A DNA stretch of 64,000 nucleotides from contig CAVPFD010000020.1 in NCBI GenBank assembly GCA_963703645.1, positions 17,597 to 81,596 on the forward strand, written 5' to 3'. Below, piece by piece: positions 35,250 to 48,113 of this stretch. The notes beneath the pieces are model-generated. The model did no database searches. It saw only the letters and a list, made by a program, of their open reading frames with translations, and was not told the DNA's origin. Every line of letters begins with the position of its first letter. The stretch's first letter is position 1. The position numbers and the translations under genes were made by a program. The stretch is from an uncultured Acidobacteriaceae bacterium. GTDB taxonomy: Bacteria > Acidobacteriota > Terriglobia > Terriglobales > Acidobacteriaceae.

Positions 35250-38200
35250 CTAAAACGTGACCCTGACTCCAAGTTGCGCCGCAAACGGAATTCCTACTGT
35301 GGTTCCGGGCCCAAAGAAATCTCCCAGCGCGCCGGACGGCACCAGCAATTGGTTGGGGTTGGTTATTGGCACGCTGCATGCCGGAGTCGGGCACAACGCA
35401 GTGGCGTTGTAGAGATTGTTCACCGGCGTCGGCAGCGCCGAGATGTCAGTGACGTAGTTCGCGCCCGGATTGTTGCGATTGAATAGATTGAAGAACTCAA
35501 CGAAGGGCATGATCTGCCAGTTTTCTTTCACCTTAAAAGGCCGGGTGACGCGCAGATCGACTTGCACGTAAGGCGTTCCCCGGAACTGGTCCATGGTCGT
35601 CTGGACACCGTTGACGACAGCGCGATCGTTCGTAGGGTCGCCAAATCCGTTCACGTCCACTGGAGTCGTCAGCGTAATGGGTCGGGCGCTTTCAGCCTGG
35701 ATGAGTGTGGTTATCTGAAAGCCTCCGGGAATGTACACAATACCAGCAAGCGTGAAGCGGCTGGTGACATTTTCACCCGACGGACCGTAGTCGCCGGGGG
35801 CGAAGGGATTCAGGGGATTGCAAACGCCGTTCACATAATCCCAGAGCTCGCCCAGGACGCACCCCCAGGTCTTCGCGCTCGACAGCACATAGTTCGCGGT
35901 CAGGTTGAAGCGCCGGGTCATGTTTCCCTGCACGTGCAGCATCATCGCGTTATAGCTGGAGCGGTTGTCCGACTTGAACACGGAGATGTCCGGGACATTG
36001 GCCTGCTGGGTTGCCATATCCGGTGCGAACAAGGGCGAGGACAAGGTGTAGCCCGACGTGTAGTCGTACCGCCGATAGCCGTGTACTCCCTGCTCGTGGA
36101 CGTAATCAGCGCTCATGATCCAGTTCTTGTGCCACTGATACTGGACACCACCACTCACATGCAAGGCATAAGGTGTGCGGTAGTTGGGATCGATGATCTG
36201 TCCGGTACCACCGTTCGCCGAACCGGGCAAGCATCCTGCGTCACCGGGCTGGTTGCAAGGCTGAAATGCCGACGGTGTGTTCACAGCCTGGAACGCTGTC
36301 GCCCAGCCGTTCTGGGCCAGGTCGTTGTAGTAAAGGCCGATCCCGGCGCGTATCACCAAGTCTTCGATCTGGTCGGGGTTGTAAGCAATGCCAAGGCGCG
36401 GTGCGAACGCTTTGCGATAGTCATGTGGGATGCCGGTAGGCAGAGGCAAGTCGCAACCCGCGGATGGTCTGCACCGCGGGATTGTAGTTCTGGCTTACAC
36501 CGGATGCCTGGAACAGTCCAAAGGTCGTGTCCCAGCGCAGACCGTAGTTGATGGTCAGAGATGGCGTGACCCGCCAGGTATCCATGGCATAGAGTCCCAG
36601 TCGCTGCACGTTTTGCGAGAAGCTGCCGTTCCCGGCTGGAGTGGACGTGGTCTGGCAGTTGGCCCCGTCAAAGGGCGGTAGGCAGTTCAACTCAGCCGTA
36701 AGTTGATTGGGATTGGTCAGATAGAACGTTGGGTTCTCGGTCAGCACGTACAGGGTTTCCGCCTGACCAGGAAACGCTCCGCTCAGCACCGGCTCATGGA
36801 TGAAATCTACACCGAATTTCGGGGCATGCCTTCCTTTGGAGCCGCTTATGTCGTAGCGAACCTGGTACTTCTCCTGATTGCGAATTATGGGAAACGCGGT
36901 GATGGGAGTAACGAACTGGTTGTCGCCATAGGTTTCGAAGCCGGAAATAGTCTTCGAACGTGGAGCTGAAGGGAAACGCCAGCGCAAAGCCAAGGTATCC
37001 ATTGCGGTCGGCCGAGCCGTGCAGATAACTGGTGCCTAAAGTGAAACTCCCTACCCACGACGAGCTGAAGGCAAAAGTGTTGCTGATGACGCCGTTCTGG
37101 TAGTTGCCGTGTTCGGTCGCGCCTGTCGAGGGCAGTGTTGCCTGCTGCACGAGGCCATTATTGGTGGTGTTGTTGTCGAGAGCGTAGCGTACGAACCACT
37201 GCGAACGTTGGGATTGTGCCCAGTCAAAGCGCATTAGGCCCAGGTAAGACTGAAACGGAACCCGGACATAGGGCGGAACATTAATGTAGCTGGTGTTGGG
37301 GATCAATCCCTCCTGCGCCAGTTGCGAAAGAGCGTTGAATTGCGTCAGGCTGTCAGGACTGTAATTAATGCTGGCGTGTTCGTTCACCATCTCAAAGCCG
37401 GTGAAGATCCACAGCTTTGTCTTTCACGATCGGTCCGCCAATGGTCCCCACGTAGTTCTGCCGCGAGAAGGGCTGCTTGGGCTGCGGTGGCGGGTTATCA
37501 ATGGGAAAACGTGCATTCAGCGCCGCTGCGCGCTCAAACACCGCAAAGTCGCCGTGCCACTGGTTGGTGCCGCTCTTCGTGCTGATGATCACCGCACCGG
37601 CGGTGGTGCGTCCAACGTCGGCGTTCTGCTGTGAAGTCTGGAAGGCAAATTCCCGAATCACATCGGGTGAGAAGTTCTGCAGGAACCCGCCGATGTAGTC
37701 GTCGGAGTTGTCCATGCCATCCACCGTGAGCTGATTGTTCAGACCGGAGCTTCCACCCGTGGACACGGCAGTGATGCGCGCCTTGGTGGGATCGGAAGGC
37801 TCAACCGGTTCCGTGCCCGGTACCATGTACGCGATGTTGGCGAAGCTGCGGGCCGCCAGCGGAATGTCCTGCAGGTCCTTTCCGCTGACCACGCCTCCGT
37901 TCACCGCATCTGTGGTATCGAGCTCCTGCGTGGTGATGGAAGAGGGCAGCGGCCTTCACGTTCACCGTCTGCTGCACCTGCGCAGGGCGCAGCGTTACCA
38001 GAATGTCCCGCACATTACTCACCTGTACCGTCACGTCTGAGCTGGCATCGGAAAAACCTTTAGCGCTGACGACCACGCGGTAGTTTCCTGGCAGCAGGTC
38101 GGGAAAGCGAAATTGTCCGCGGTTGTCGCTGGTAGCCTGCCGCGCGACTCCGGAACCTTTGTCGGTCACGGCAACGCTGGCGGACTTGATGCGCGCCCCG

Positions 38201-38349
38201 CTGGCGTCCTGTACTTCGCCGAGCAGCGAGCCAGTCGCATTCTGCCCATGCACCGCTAAAGGAAGCGCCAGTAGAGAAGACAAGATGAAAATCCATGTCG
38301 CAAACAGACGGGGACATCTGGCTAGGGAGTACATTTGGATTGCCCTCAA
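35250..38349 (-). pseudogene. TonB-dependent outer-membrane receptor, Oar-like (CarboxypepD_reg N-terminus); four frame breaks
   Basis: Five consecutive ORFs (37801..38349, 37392..37904, 36794..37390, 36421..37002, 35250..36449) read as one about 1030-aa receptor. Junctions are near 37947, 37415, 36957 and 36460. The C-terminus ends in the typical aromatic residue (..GVRVTF). Confidence 0.8.
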
Positions 38350-38658
38350 TGAACGGCAGGAAAGCCCGGCCAGCCAACTGTAGCCAACCGGTGAAGTTGC
38401 AAGCTCAGGCTACCTTCTGAGGGCATCTACTACCATTACTAGTACTCATATGTCCGTTTTTTTGATACGGCATGTGATTGGTTGCCCCAATACGCCGAAT
38501 TTCTCGGAGCGCAGTCGCACCGGACGTTCGGCCAACAACGATGGCGGCGTCCGGATAGTGGTTGAGGTCCGAGTAGTTGACCGTCCAGGACCACGCTGAG
38601 ACTAAAATCATTCAATGCCGATGACCAAGGTCAGGCGGAACGAAGGTCTACCCGAACC

Positions 38659-39189
38659 ATGAAAACCATAGAGGAGTTCACGCAAGGTGACGCCCACGGA
38701 ATCCACTATGCTGTAAGCATTTTCATCGCGAGCGCAGTGCTTTGGGTTTTAGTGCATGAACTGGCCAGGAGCAACCCCGTCTGGGCCATCAGCTCGATGG
38801 TCGCCACCAGCGACCCGCTGATGAAGCAGGCCATTTTGACCTTTCGCGCCCGTATCATCAACACCCTGGTAGGGTGCGCGGTCGGGCTTGTGTTCATTGC
38901 CATTGGTGGAACACGAGTCATAATTCTGCCGCTGGCGATGGCGCTAACGGTCTTACTCTCCTCGTACGTTGTCCGCATTCCGACCATGTGGAGACAGGCG
39001 CCAATCAGCGCGGCCTTCGTCATTGCTGCCGGATTCGAGCATCACTCCAGGATCAAAGGCCTGCAGGCAGGCGGTCAACGGGTGAGCGAAGTTCTGTTCG
39101 GCTGCGTCATCGGTCTGGCAGTCGGGTGGCTCGTGTCCGTAATCTGGCCACTACCGGACCCGTCGCCACCCAGCGCCACCACGAAGTAA
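38659..39189 (+). CDS. FUSC/ArAE-like membrane protein (short form)
   Basis: 176 aa, 4-5 TM segments. NPVWAISSMVATS...RARIINTLVGCAVGL resembles the FUSC N-terminal core. Confidence 0.5.
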   Translation: MKTIEEFTQGDAHGIHYAVSIFIASAVLWVLVHELARSNPVWAISSMVATSDPLMKQAILTFRARIINTLVGCAVGLVFIAIGGTRVIILPLAMALTVLLSSYVVRIPTMWRQAPISAAFVIAAGFEHHSRIKGLQAGGQRVSEVLFGCVIGLAVGWLVSVIWPLPDPSPPSATTK

Positions 39190-39334
39190 GAGGTGTCGCT
39201 ACTTGCCTTTTCGATTCCGAGCGACCACTCGATAGCTCGCAGTGGAAATGGGGAAACACCGGCCTGCGGAATCGGCTTCCAGCGCCTATTCGCGGGGGTT
39301 GAAGCCGTAGACATTCAAGTAAGGAGGTCTGGCT

Positions 39335-39817
39335 GTGCTCGGCGTCGGGGAAAAATTCCCCCACTTCTCACTCGTGGCGAATGTCAGCGCTGACGAGCGC
39401 CACGCCTTCCGGAGCATGACCGATCAGGATTTTCCCGGCAAGTGGAAGCTGTACTTCTTCTGGCCGAAGGACTTCACGGATCTCTCGCTAGCCGAGATTC
39501 TCGACTTCGGAGAATTGGAGCCGGAGTTTCGAGAGCGCAAGACTCAGCTTCTGGGATGCAGCGTCGAATCCGAACTCGCGCACCTTGCCTGGCGCCGGCA
39601 AGAGGAGGATCTCCGCGAACTCGCGCTGCCGATGCTTTCCGACATCAGGCGCGATCTCTGTGGCCAGCTCGGCATCCTCGATGAGAGTAACGGCGTCGCG
39701 AAGCGCGCCACGTTCATCGTCGATCCTCAGAGGGTCATCCGCTTCGTGTATGTAACAGACCTGAACGTCAGCCGCGATCCCGGAGAAGTGCTCCGGGTGC
39801 TGGCGGACCTCCAGTAG
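39335..39817 (+). CDS. Peroxiredoxin (AhpC/TSA)-fold protein lacking the peroxidatic cysteine
   Basis: GKWKLYFFWPKDFTDLSLAEI aligns to the canonical ..FYPLDFTFVCPTEI (Cys->Ser). Conserved AHLAW, LSD and RATFIVDP blocks are retained. GTG start with AAGGAGG. Confidence 0.75.
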   Translation: MLGVGEKFPHFSLVANVSADERHAFRSMTDQDFPGKWKLYFFWPKDFTDLSLAEILDFGELEPEFRERKTQLLGCSVESELAHLAWRRQEEDLRELALPMLSDIRRDLCGQLGILDESNGVAKRATFIVDPQRVIRFVYVTDLNVSRDPGEVLRVLADLQ

Positions 39818-39853
39818 GCGCATACTGCCTGATCCGAACGACTGTAATGCCCG

Positions 39854-40787
<934 letters not shown>

Positions 40788-40906
40788 TCACAATTTTGAA
40801 ATGATGTTCAACAGCAAGAATCACAAAATGAAGCGCGGGCCGCAGCCCGCGCTCAGTAAATAGATGACTGGACGCGGCGCCAATAACCGCCGCCCTGGCT
40901 CAGGAC

Positions 40907-42335
40907 TTACTTCGCGACCAATGCCTCCACCGGAGCCATGTTCTGGATCATGTGGCTGGCGAACTCGCTGGTCTTGACCTTGGTCGCGCCTTCCAACATG
41001 CGCTCGAAGTCGTAGGTGACCGTCTTCTGCTGAATGGTCTGCTCCATCGAGCCTTCGATCAGCCGCGCGGCCTCGTGCCAGCCCATGAAGTCGAACATCA
41101 TGACGCCCGACAAGCATGACGGAGCCGGGATTGATGACGTCCTTGTCCGCATACTTGGGCGCGGTGCCGTGGGTGGCTTCGAAGATGGCGTGCTGATCGC
41201 CGATGTTCGCACCCGGGGCGATGCCGAGTCCGCCGACCTGCGCCGCGGCTGCATCGGAGATGTAGTCGCCGTTGAGGTTCGGAGTTGCCAGAACAGCATA
41301 TTCGTCGGGCCGGGTAACGATCTGCTGGAAGATGCTGTCGGCGATGCGATCGTTGACCATCAGCTTCGACTTCCAGGCGCCCTTCCCGTGCGTGGCATAG
41401 ATGCTGTCAAGCACGCCCTTCACTTCCTTGTAGAGTGCGTCGCGGAAATCCTGCTGCGCAAACTCCAGGCCCGGCTCGACCATCTTGGCATTGTCTTCGA
41501 TGGACAATCCGGGATTGCGATCGAGGTTGTCGATGATCCAGCTCTCGCGCTCGGTGATGACCTGGTCGCGGAATTCCAGCGTCGCCAGCTCGTATCCCCA
41601 CTCGCGGAATGCGCCCTCGGTGAACTTCTGGATGTTACCCTTGTGAACGATCGTCACCGACTTGAGTTTGTTGGCCAGCGCGTACTTGATCGCCATGCGC
41701 ACCAGGCGCTTGGTGCCGGTGACGGAAATCGGCTTGATACCAATGCCCGAATCTTCGCGCACCCGCTTCTTGGTGCCCGCCAGCATCTTGTTGTTGATGA
41801 AGTCGATCAGCTCCTTCGCCTCCGGCGTGCCTTCTTTCCACTCAATGCCGGCATAAACGTCTTCCGTGTTCTCACGATAGATAACGATGTTCATCCGCTC
41901 CGGATGTTTCACCGGCGACGGGATGCCCTTGTAATACTTCACCGGGCGAACACAGGCATAGAGGTCGAGAATCTGGCGCAGGGCGACGTTCAGTGAGCGG
42001 ATACCGCCGCCGACCGGAGTTGTCAACGGACCCTTGATGCCGATTCGCAGCTCGCGGAAAGCAGCAACGGTATCGTCAGGCAGCCAGGTCTTGAAGCGGT
42101 CCATGGCTTTTTCGCCGGCAAAAACTTCATACCAGGCAACACGCCGCTTGCCGTTATAGGCGATCTCGACTGCGGCGTCGAATACCCGGACCGACGCTTT
42201 CCAAATGTCGCGTCCGGTGCCGTCACCTTCGATGAAGGGAATGATGGGGTTGTCGGGGATAACAAGCTTACCGTTTTCGTAAGTGATCTTGGTCCCGCAG
42301 GAGGGCAAAGCAATTCCGTTATATGAATCCGCCAC
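40907..42335 (-). pseudogene. icd: NADP-dependent isocitrate dehydrogenase; one frameshift
   Basis: ..[30 protein letters not shown]...[49 protein letters not shown] | [19 protein letters not shown]... Shift near 41105. Probable GTG start at 42335. Confidence 0.9.
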
Positions 42336-42583
42336 GAGGCACCTCAAGGAGAATGGGGATATAGGACCCAAGCTGTAAACAGCCATGTCGGGATGGGAAG
42401 CTGGCAGAACCGGCGGCATGCCGGAAATCGAATCATTGCGTATGAAAACGACTCGCGGCCCGCCGTCGGCAACTTGCGCCGCGTCCTCCCGAACCTGTTT
42501 ACGTTATCACCGGCCGCTGTGAGGTTCAATGAAAACCGATGTTCACGCGTCACACATAGGTGTGAGGTTCATCCTAAGGCGCT

Positions 42584-45500
42584 TCACGCCCGCTGGTATT
42601 TGAGATAGATCTCCCGGGTTTGCCGCTGCACCTCTGCCAGCCGCATTTCGGGATCGAAGCTTTCCTTGGCGCCGAGTACGCGCCAGAGCAACTTCTGGAC
42701 TGAGCGATGTGGACGCTCGGCGACTGGCAGCCATTTACGCGAGCGCCCGGTCACCAGACGCACCAGGTGCTCGAGCGTGCGCAGGAACAGGGCGCTCTCG
42801 GCCAACCGCTCGAATTGCTTGCCCTTGAGCAACCCATGGTCGTGCAGCAATTGCAGGCGGCCTCGCAAATTGCCAGCCAGCCAAAGCTGGTGTCGAGCCT
42901 GCAGGGCGCCCGCCAGGTAGTCGAGGTCATAGACGCCACCGGGACCGGTCTTGAAGTTCGGCCCTGTCTCGCTTCGCTCCAGCCGCGTGCGGACCTCGCT
43001 CAGTTCTGCCGCGAAGTCCGTCCGCGTGGCCATTCGCGCGATACCCTTCCGAACCTCCAGCAGAGCTCGTTCCGCGACCGCGCTATCGCCGGCGACATGG
43101 CGCATTTTGATATACGTCAGAGCTTCCCACGGCTTGGCCTCGTCCTGGAAATAGGCGGCCAATTGAGCAGGCGTGACCACCAGCTCGCCTTCACGTCCGT
43201 GGGGGCGCAACCGGGCGTCCACCGGAAACACGGTGCCGTCGCGAGTGTAAGCGGTGAGAGCTTCCATCATGCGCTCTGCCACTCGGTGCATCTCTTCGTT
43301 GTTTGAGCGCTCGTCGCACACAAACAACACGTCCGCGTCCGACAACAGATCAAATTCCCCCGCGCCGAGCCTTCCCAGCCCGATAATTGCGAAGCCGCCG
43401 GACGAGCCTGCCATCGCCAGAGCGGCCTGAATTGCAGCGTCAGCAGCGAGGGTGTTGTCGTGTAAGGCTTCGAAGACCTCGCGCAACTGAAAAAGGTCGC
43501 GGGCGCCGGAGACAAACATGCGCTGCCGGTAATGCTGCCGCAAGATGCACATGGCTTCAGAGCGATCCACCTTGTCCTGCGCGAGATAGGCGGAAACGGG
43601 ATCGGGCGCCAACCCGCTGTCGCGCGGACTGTCGTTGAACAACTCGAGGGGACACTGCAGTTGGCAGCTCGGCGATCCGCTCCAGCAACGAAACTTCACG
43701 CGGATGCCGCACCAGAATGTCCGTCAGGTATTCACTGAATTCGAAGATATTCAGCGCCCGCTCCACCGCTTGCGGCGACCGCAGCACTGCGCCATAGCGT
43801 TCGGAGGTGGTCCCCGCCGAACTCAGAAAGCGCTCGAGATTGCGACGCGCATGTGGCGACAGCTCGGGACGCCCGGCGATCTCACGCAACTGCGGCGAAT
43901 CAACTGCCAGCCGCTGCAGCATCAGGCTATAGGAATTCTCCGGCGTCACCGGCAACACCGGCTGCAACTCGAAGTCCTGCGGGCCGTCCCCACTGTGGCT
44001 CTGCTCCTGATAAATGACGCGCTGATAGATTTCCGCCACCGCCGCCATACGCCGCTGCACGTGGGACAGAAATTCCTCCGGCGTGAGCGCGGTCGTTCCT
44101 TCCCGGGTGAGACTACGCGCCAGCGTCTCCAACTCCACGCGCGATTGCGGCAGGCGGTGTGTCTGCTGGCCGTGGCGCAATTGCAGACGATGCTCCAGGT
44201 TGCGCAGGAACTCATAGGCGTTGGTCAGGTTGTGAAAGTCCTTGCCACCGATGTGTTCCTTGTCGTACAGCTTTTGCAACGCAAACATTGTGCCGCGCGA
44301 ACGCAACCACGATTCGTTTCCGCCATAGACGCGTTGCAGGCATTGCACCAGGAACTCGATGTCGCGAATGCCCCCGCGGTCGAGCTTTACATCAATGCCG
44401 CCTTCGGTGGACTGGGTCAGAAGACGCTGCCGGCGACGGCTGCCAATCTTCTCCCGCGTATCAAGCGCGGTCTTGATGGCGGCAAAGTTCAGCGCCGAGC
44501 GATAGACGTAAGGCTGGACAGCCCGAATGAACTCGCGGGCCAAACCGACATCCCCGGCCGAATGCCGCGCTTTGATCATCGCCTGCAACTCCCAGTCGTG
44601 CGCGATGTTGGAGTAATAGTGAACTGCGTGCAGGAGCGGGACCGCCAGCTCACCCTCCTTGCCCTGCGGCCGCAACCGCAGGTCGATCCGGAAGACCGGC
44701 CCTTCCCGAGTGTGGCGCGACAGCAGCTCGGTGGTTTGCTGCGCCAGGCGGACAAAGTACTCGCGATTGGAAATCTCATTGTCCAGCGGTTCCCCGCTGC
44801 CGTTGTGCAGATACAGCAGGTCGATGTCGGAGCTGTAGTTGAGTTCAGTGCCGCCCAGTTTGCCCAACGAAACCACGGCAAAGCGCGCATCAACCAGCTT
44901 GCCGTCCCGGTCGAGGCTGCGTGGGGTTCCGAAGCGCGCCTGAAGTTCAGACTGAGTCTCTCGCAGCGCCTCCTCGATCAGCACGTCTGCCAGGGCGGAC
45001 AGCTCAGCAGTGGTTTCGGCCAGGGTTGCGACGCCGAGCACATCGCGCAACATGATGCGCACGTACTCGCGCTTCTTGAAGCGCGCCAGCAGCGTCGCGG
45101 TGTCCGTCTCGAACGAGCGCGAGCGGAAGCGCGCGAAGCTCTCCTGCAATCCGTCCCGCGAATGAGTGCGATCCAGGCTCCTCTCTCGTGCCAGACCTTG
45201 AAACAAATCGGTGTTGTGGATCAGAGTCTCTCCCAGCCAGGGACTGTACCCGAACACGACGACCGCGTAGTGAACCAGGAATGGATGCTTGTCCAGAAGG
45301 CGGAACAGATCGGCCGGAGCCGATTCGGCCAGCCGCCCGAATTGATTCACCGCGGCGTCGGGATTGGGAGAGGTCATGAGCAACGGCGCCAGCGACTCGT
45401 AGACTCCGGCCGGCACGAGCTGCCGAATATGGGCGAGATTGCGCGCAGCCGTCCCGGGATCGCGGAAGTGCACATTCGCCGGAAGCGTGTCGGAATCGGG

Positions 45501-45608
45501 TTGCGAGATTGTTGGCACGAGAAGCCCGCAGGCAGGAATTATCTTAGCCCAGTTTGATGTCGCGGCATCTGCAGGTTTTCCTTGCGACGCTGCGGAGCTT
45601 CGCCGCAT
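42584..45608 (-). pseudogene. glnE: Bifunctional glutamine synthetase adenylyltransferase / adenylyl-removing enzyme; one frameshift
   Basis: Two NTase modules: VVSLGKLGGTELNYSSDIDLLYLH and IIGLGRLGAGEFDLLSDADVLFVC. ORFs 43557..45608 and 42584..43699 join near 43650 (..AELPTAVSP | LELFNDSP..). The true start may be the GTG at 45518. Confidence 0.85.
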
Positions 45609-45641
45609 CTGCTACCGTACCTGACGAAGGCCGAGGAGCCC

Positions 45642-45857
45642 ATGTACCATTACGATCCGAAGACAGCGCTGGAAGAGTTGAACGAGGACGCGGTGTTGCC
45701 GAATCCTGTGCACTTGCGCGACATGATGCTGCGCGCCCATCTCGATGCCGGCCACTCGCTGGAATACAACCGTCTCTTTGTCGATTATCAGAAGCGGTTC
45801 GGCGAACTTCAGAACCTGGGACGGCAATTGCTGGAAAGGCTGGGTCAGGATGCGTGA
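45642..45857 (+). CDS. Hypothetical small protein (71 aa)
   Basis: ATG with GAGGAG upstream: MYHYDPKTALEELNEDAVLPNPVHLRDMMLRAHLDAGHSLEYNRLF... Confidence 0.45.
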   Translation: MYHYDPKTALEELNEDAVLPNPVHLRDMMLRAHLDAGHSLEYNRLFVDYQKRFGELQNLGRQLLERLGQDA

Positions 45858-45907
45858 GTATCGTTGCTAACTTTTGGCCGCCTGCTTGTGTCATAAGGAG
45901 GAGCGGC

Positions 45908-46648
45908 GTGAAGCTTTTGATGTTGCTGGGGTTGATTCCCTTTTTCGCTATGGCCAGCGTGGCCGCAGATTCGCGTTCGGTTTCCTACAAGAGCGGCGAC
46001 GAAACCGTGAACGCTCTCCTTTACACGCCGCCAGGTAAAGGACCGTTTCCGGCGATTGTTGTGATCCACGAATGGTGGGGCCTGAACGATTGGGTAAAGG
46101 AAGAAGCGTCGAAGCTCGCCGATCAGGGGTACGTCGCGCTGGCGATTGATCTGTATCGCGGCAAAGTTGCCACCACGCCCGACGAAGCGCACGAAATCAT
46201 GCGTGGCGTTCCCCAGGACCGCGCGGCCCGCGATCTGTTGGCAGCGACCAGCTACCTTCGATCACAGAAAAATGTAGATGCCAAGCGGGTCGGCTCCATC
46301 GGGTGGTGCATGGGTGGAGGATATTCGCTCGATCTTGCGCTCAACGATCCACAACTGAAAGCGGCGGTCATCAACTACGGCCATCTCGCCACTGACGAGG
46401 CCTCTCTGAAGAAGATTAACGCTGCCATCCTTGGCATCTTCGGCGGGCAGGACAAAGGTATTTCTGTGGCGGACGTTAACAAGTTCGAGTCGCAATTGAA
46501 GGCGTTGGGCAAGACGGTCGATATCCATATTTTCCCGGACGCGGGGCACGCATTCGAGAACCCCAACAACAAGCAGGGATATCGCGCAGAAGACGCCGCA
46601 CAAGCGTGGAAGTTCACCATGGACTTCCTCGCGAGATACTTAAAGTAA
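45908..46648 (+). CDS. Dienelactone hydrolase family protein (secreted)
   Basis: GTG start after AAGGAGGAG, then a signal peptide. PAIVVIHEWWGLNDWVKEEASKLADQGYVALAIDLY, GWCMGG nucleophile elbow, and DAGHAF. Confidence 0.8.
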   Translation: MKLLMLLGLIPFFAMASVAADSRSVSYKSGDETVNALLYTPPGKGPFPAIVVIHEWWGLNDWVKEEASKLADQGYVALAIDLYRGKVATTPDEAHEIMRGVPQDRAARDLLAATSYLRSQKNVDAKRVGSIGWCMGGGYSLDLALNDPQLKAAVINYGHLATDEASLKKINAAILGIFGGQDKGISVADVNKFESQLKALGKTVDIHIFPDAGHAFENPNNKQGYRAEDAAQAWKFTMDFLARYLK

Positions 46649-46658
46649 TGGTTTAGAA

Positions 46659-46823
46659 ATGTTGCGCTACCGGAAGAATCTTCTTTGGTTCATTGCTGCC
46701 GTCGCTTTAGCGACAGGGCTTTGGGTGCTGAACATTGAGATCACCTACGAGCGCAATGTCCGCCACATCCCAACCAATTTTCACCAGCGGCACCGGAGCG
46801 CGCCCGCTCGGTGGAAGGCCTGA
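46659..46823 (+). CDS. Hypothetical small membrane protein (54 aa), weak call
   Basis: MLRYRKNLLWFIAAVALATGLWVLNIEITYERN... has a single TM segment and is below the ORF-track cutoff. Confidence 0.25.
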   Translation: MLRYRKNLLWFIAAVALATGLWVLNIEITYERNVRHIPTNFHQRHRSAPARWKA

Positions 46824-46847
46824 GTCCGTTCTTCCGGCGGTTGCGCC

Positions 46848-48113
46848 TCAGGACGTTTTCAGGCTCTTCTGAAACTTCGGTAAGTCCCAATGCAGCCGGA
46901 TTGCCGGCACCCAAACCGGTCCACGGTCCCGGTTGTAGCCCGGGTTGGCAACGAACTGCAAATCGAAGCTCGCGTAGATGCCCTTTGGGAAACTGTAAGT
47001 CGTATACGATTCGAGCACCGTCTCGCGCCCGTAGCGCAGCCGGCCGTCTCCCAACAGGAAACCCATCCCTCCGGCCGCCAGATAGGCTTTGTGGTCGGCC
47101 GAGATTCCGCCCGTCGCGCCGGCCAGACCGGTCTTGAAATGGCGCAGGTAGTGGACGTTGGCTCCCACAGCAACAGTACTGTTGGCTTCCGTGTAGGCGA
47201 ACGATTCATGACGCCCTTCGTTCCAGCCCAGCCTCGCGAACACTCTCACGCCGTGGCTCAGTGATTGTTGGAGGTTCAGACCGAATCCGTACTTTATGGT
47301 GCCGGGATGGCGATGGACCTGGATGTCAGGAGGATCGCCAGGGCCGCTGCCTGCCACCGCTTCGCGATAGTCGCCCATGTCAGCATGGTTCACGAAGCTG
47401 AGGAGCGTGAGAGATCGATCATGGCCCAAGAAAGAGGTGTGACGTGCGAACTCGAAGTTTTCCGCACGCGTATTCCCCGACCAACTCAGAACCAGGCCGT
47501 TGGCGACGGTTGGCATCATCATCTCCGCCGCGCGCAGCTCCCACTTCTCGGTCGCCCATTGCACCACCACGCCGCGTGAGTAGCCGCGCGTGTCGGCGGC
47601 GTAGTCGTAGGCTGCATTATTATCGACGGCCCAGTTCAGAAACTGGGTGTGACTGTCGCTGCCAACGGCATTAACGTCGAACAAATCCACGGTGCTGAAC
47701 TGGCCGGCGTAAATCTCCAGGCGCTGGCGCTCGCTGTGGAGAAACGAATGGTGCAGCACGGCGCGGGCGAGATAGGGCTTGGATCCCAGCGTGGGGTTCC
47801 GGACGACATCAAGATTGACAAAAGCGGCCAGCCCGAGGGCATTCCCGATCCCCGAGCCTCCAGCGCTCTCGATGTCAACCTCGAGATCGGTGCTGGCGGG
47901 CAGCACCAGTTTGGTGAACAGGGTCAGCACCCGCGAACTTGCCAACTGGCCGTCACCGGGGAGGCTGTTCGGGCCGCTGTAGGGAGAGTGAAAGTGGAAG
48001 CAGCCCTGGGTCACGGAGTTGATCTGGCCGGAAACCTCGATGGAACCTGCCGGCTGCTCCTGAGCGACCAGACTGCAGGAAAAAAGCAGAAGAGATAGGA
48101 AAGCGCAACGCAT
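46848..48113 (-). CDS. Carbohydrate-selective porin, OprB-like
   Basis: Signal peptide MRCAFLSLLLFSCSLVAQ. Beta-rich sequence with FLNWAVDNNAAYDYAADTRGYS and a C-terminal aromatic-rich strand. Confidence 0.6.
   Translation of the reverse strand: MRCAFLSLLLFSCSLVAQEQPAGSIEVSGQINSVTQGCFHFHSPYSGPNSLPGDGQLASSRVLTLFTKLVLPASTDLEVDIESAGGSGIGNALGLAAFVNLDVVRNPTLGSKPYLARAVLHHSFLHSERQRLEIYAGQFSTVDLFDVNAVGSDSHTQFLNWAVDNNAAYDYAADTRGYSRGVVVQWATEKWELRAAEMMMPTVANGLVLSWSGNTRAENFEFARHTSFLGHDRSLTLLSFVNHADMGDYREAVAGSGPGDPPDIQVHRHPGTIKYGFGLNLQQSLSHGVRVFARLGWNEGRHESFAYTEANSTVAVGANVHYLRHFKTGLAGATGGISADHKAYLAAGGMGFLLGDGRLRYGRETVLESYTTYSFPKGIYASFDLQFVANPGYNRDRGPVWVPAIRLHWDLPKFQKSLKTS

Noticed and set aside
38405-38611. 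68-aa - strand ORF in the gap between the TonB receptor and the FUSC-like gene
   Set aside because: No start context and no recognisable family. It may be a gene fragment, but this cannot be supported from sequence alone.
41034-41996. 320-aa + strand ORF
   Set aside because: Antisense to icd, with no motifs. The same reasoning applies to 35562..36551, 29084..29941, 48206..49240, 57786..58676 and 59370..60227.
43635-45557. 640-aa ORF on the + strand
   Set aside because: It is antisense to glnE. The translation is Arg/Gln/Leu/His-rich and low in complexity with no recognisable motifs, while the opposite strand carries clear GlnE domains. This is a typical open antisense frame in high-G+C DNA.
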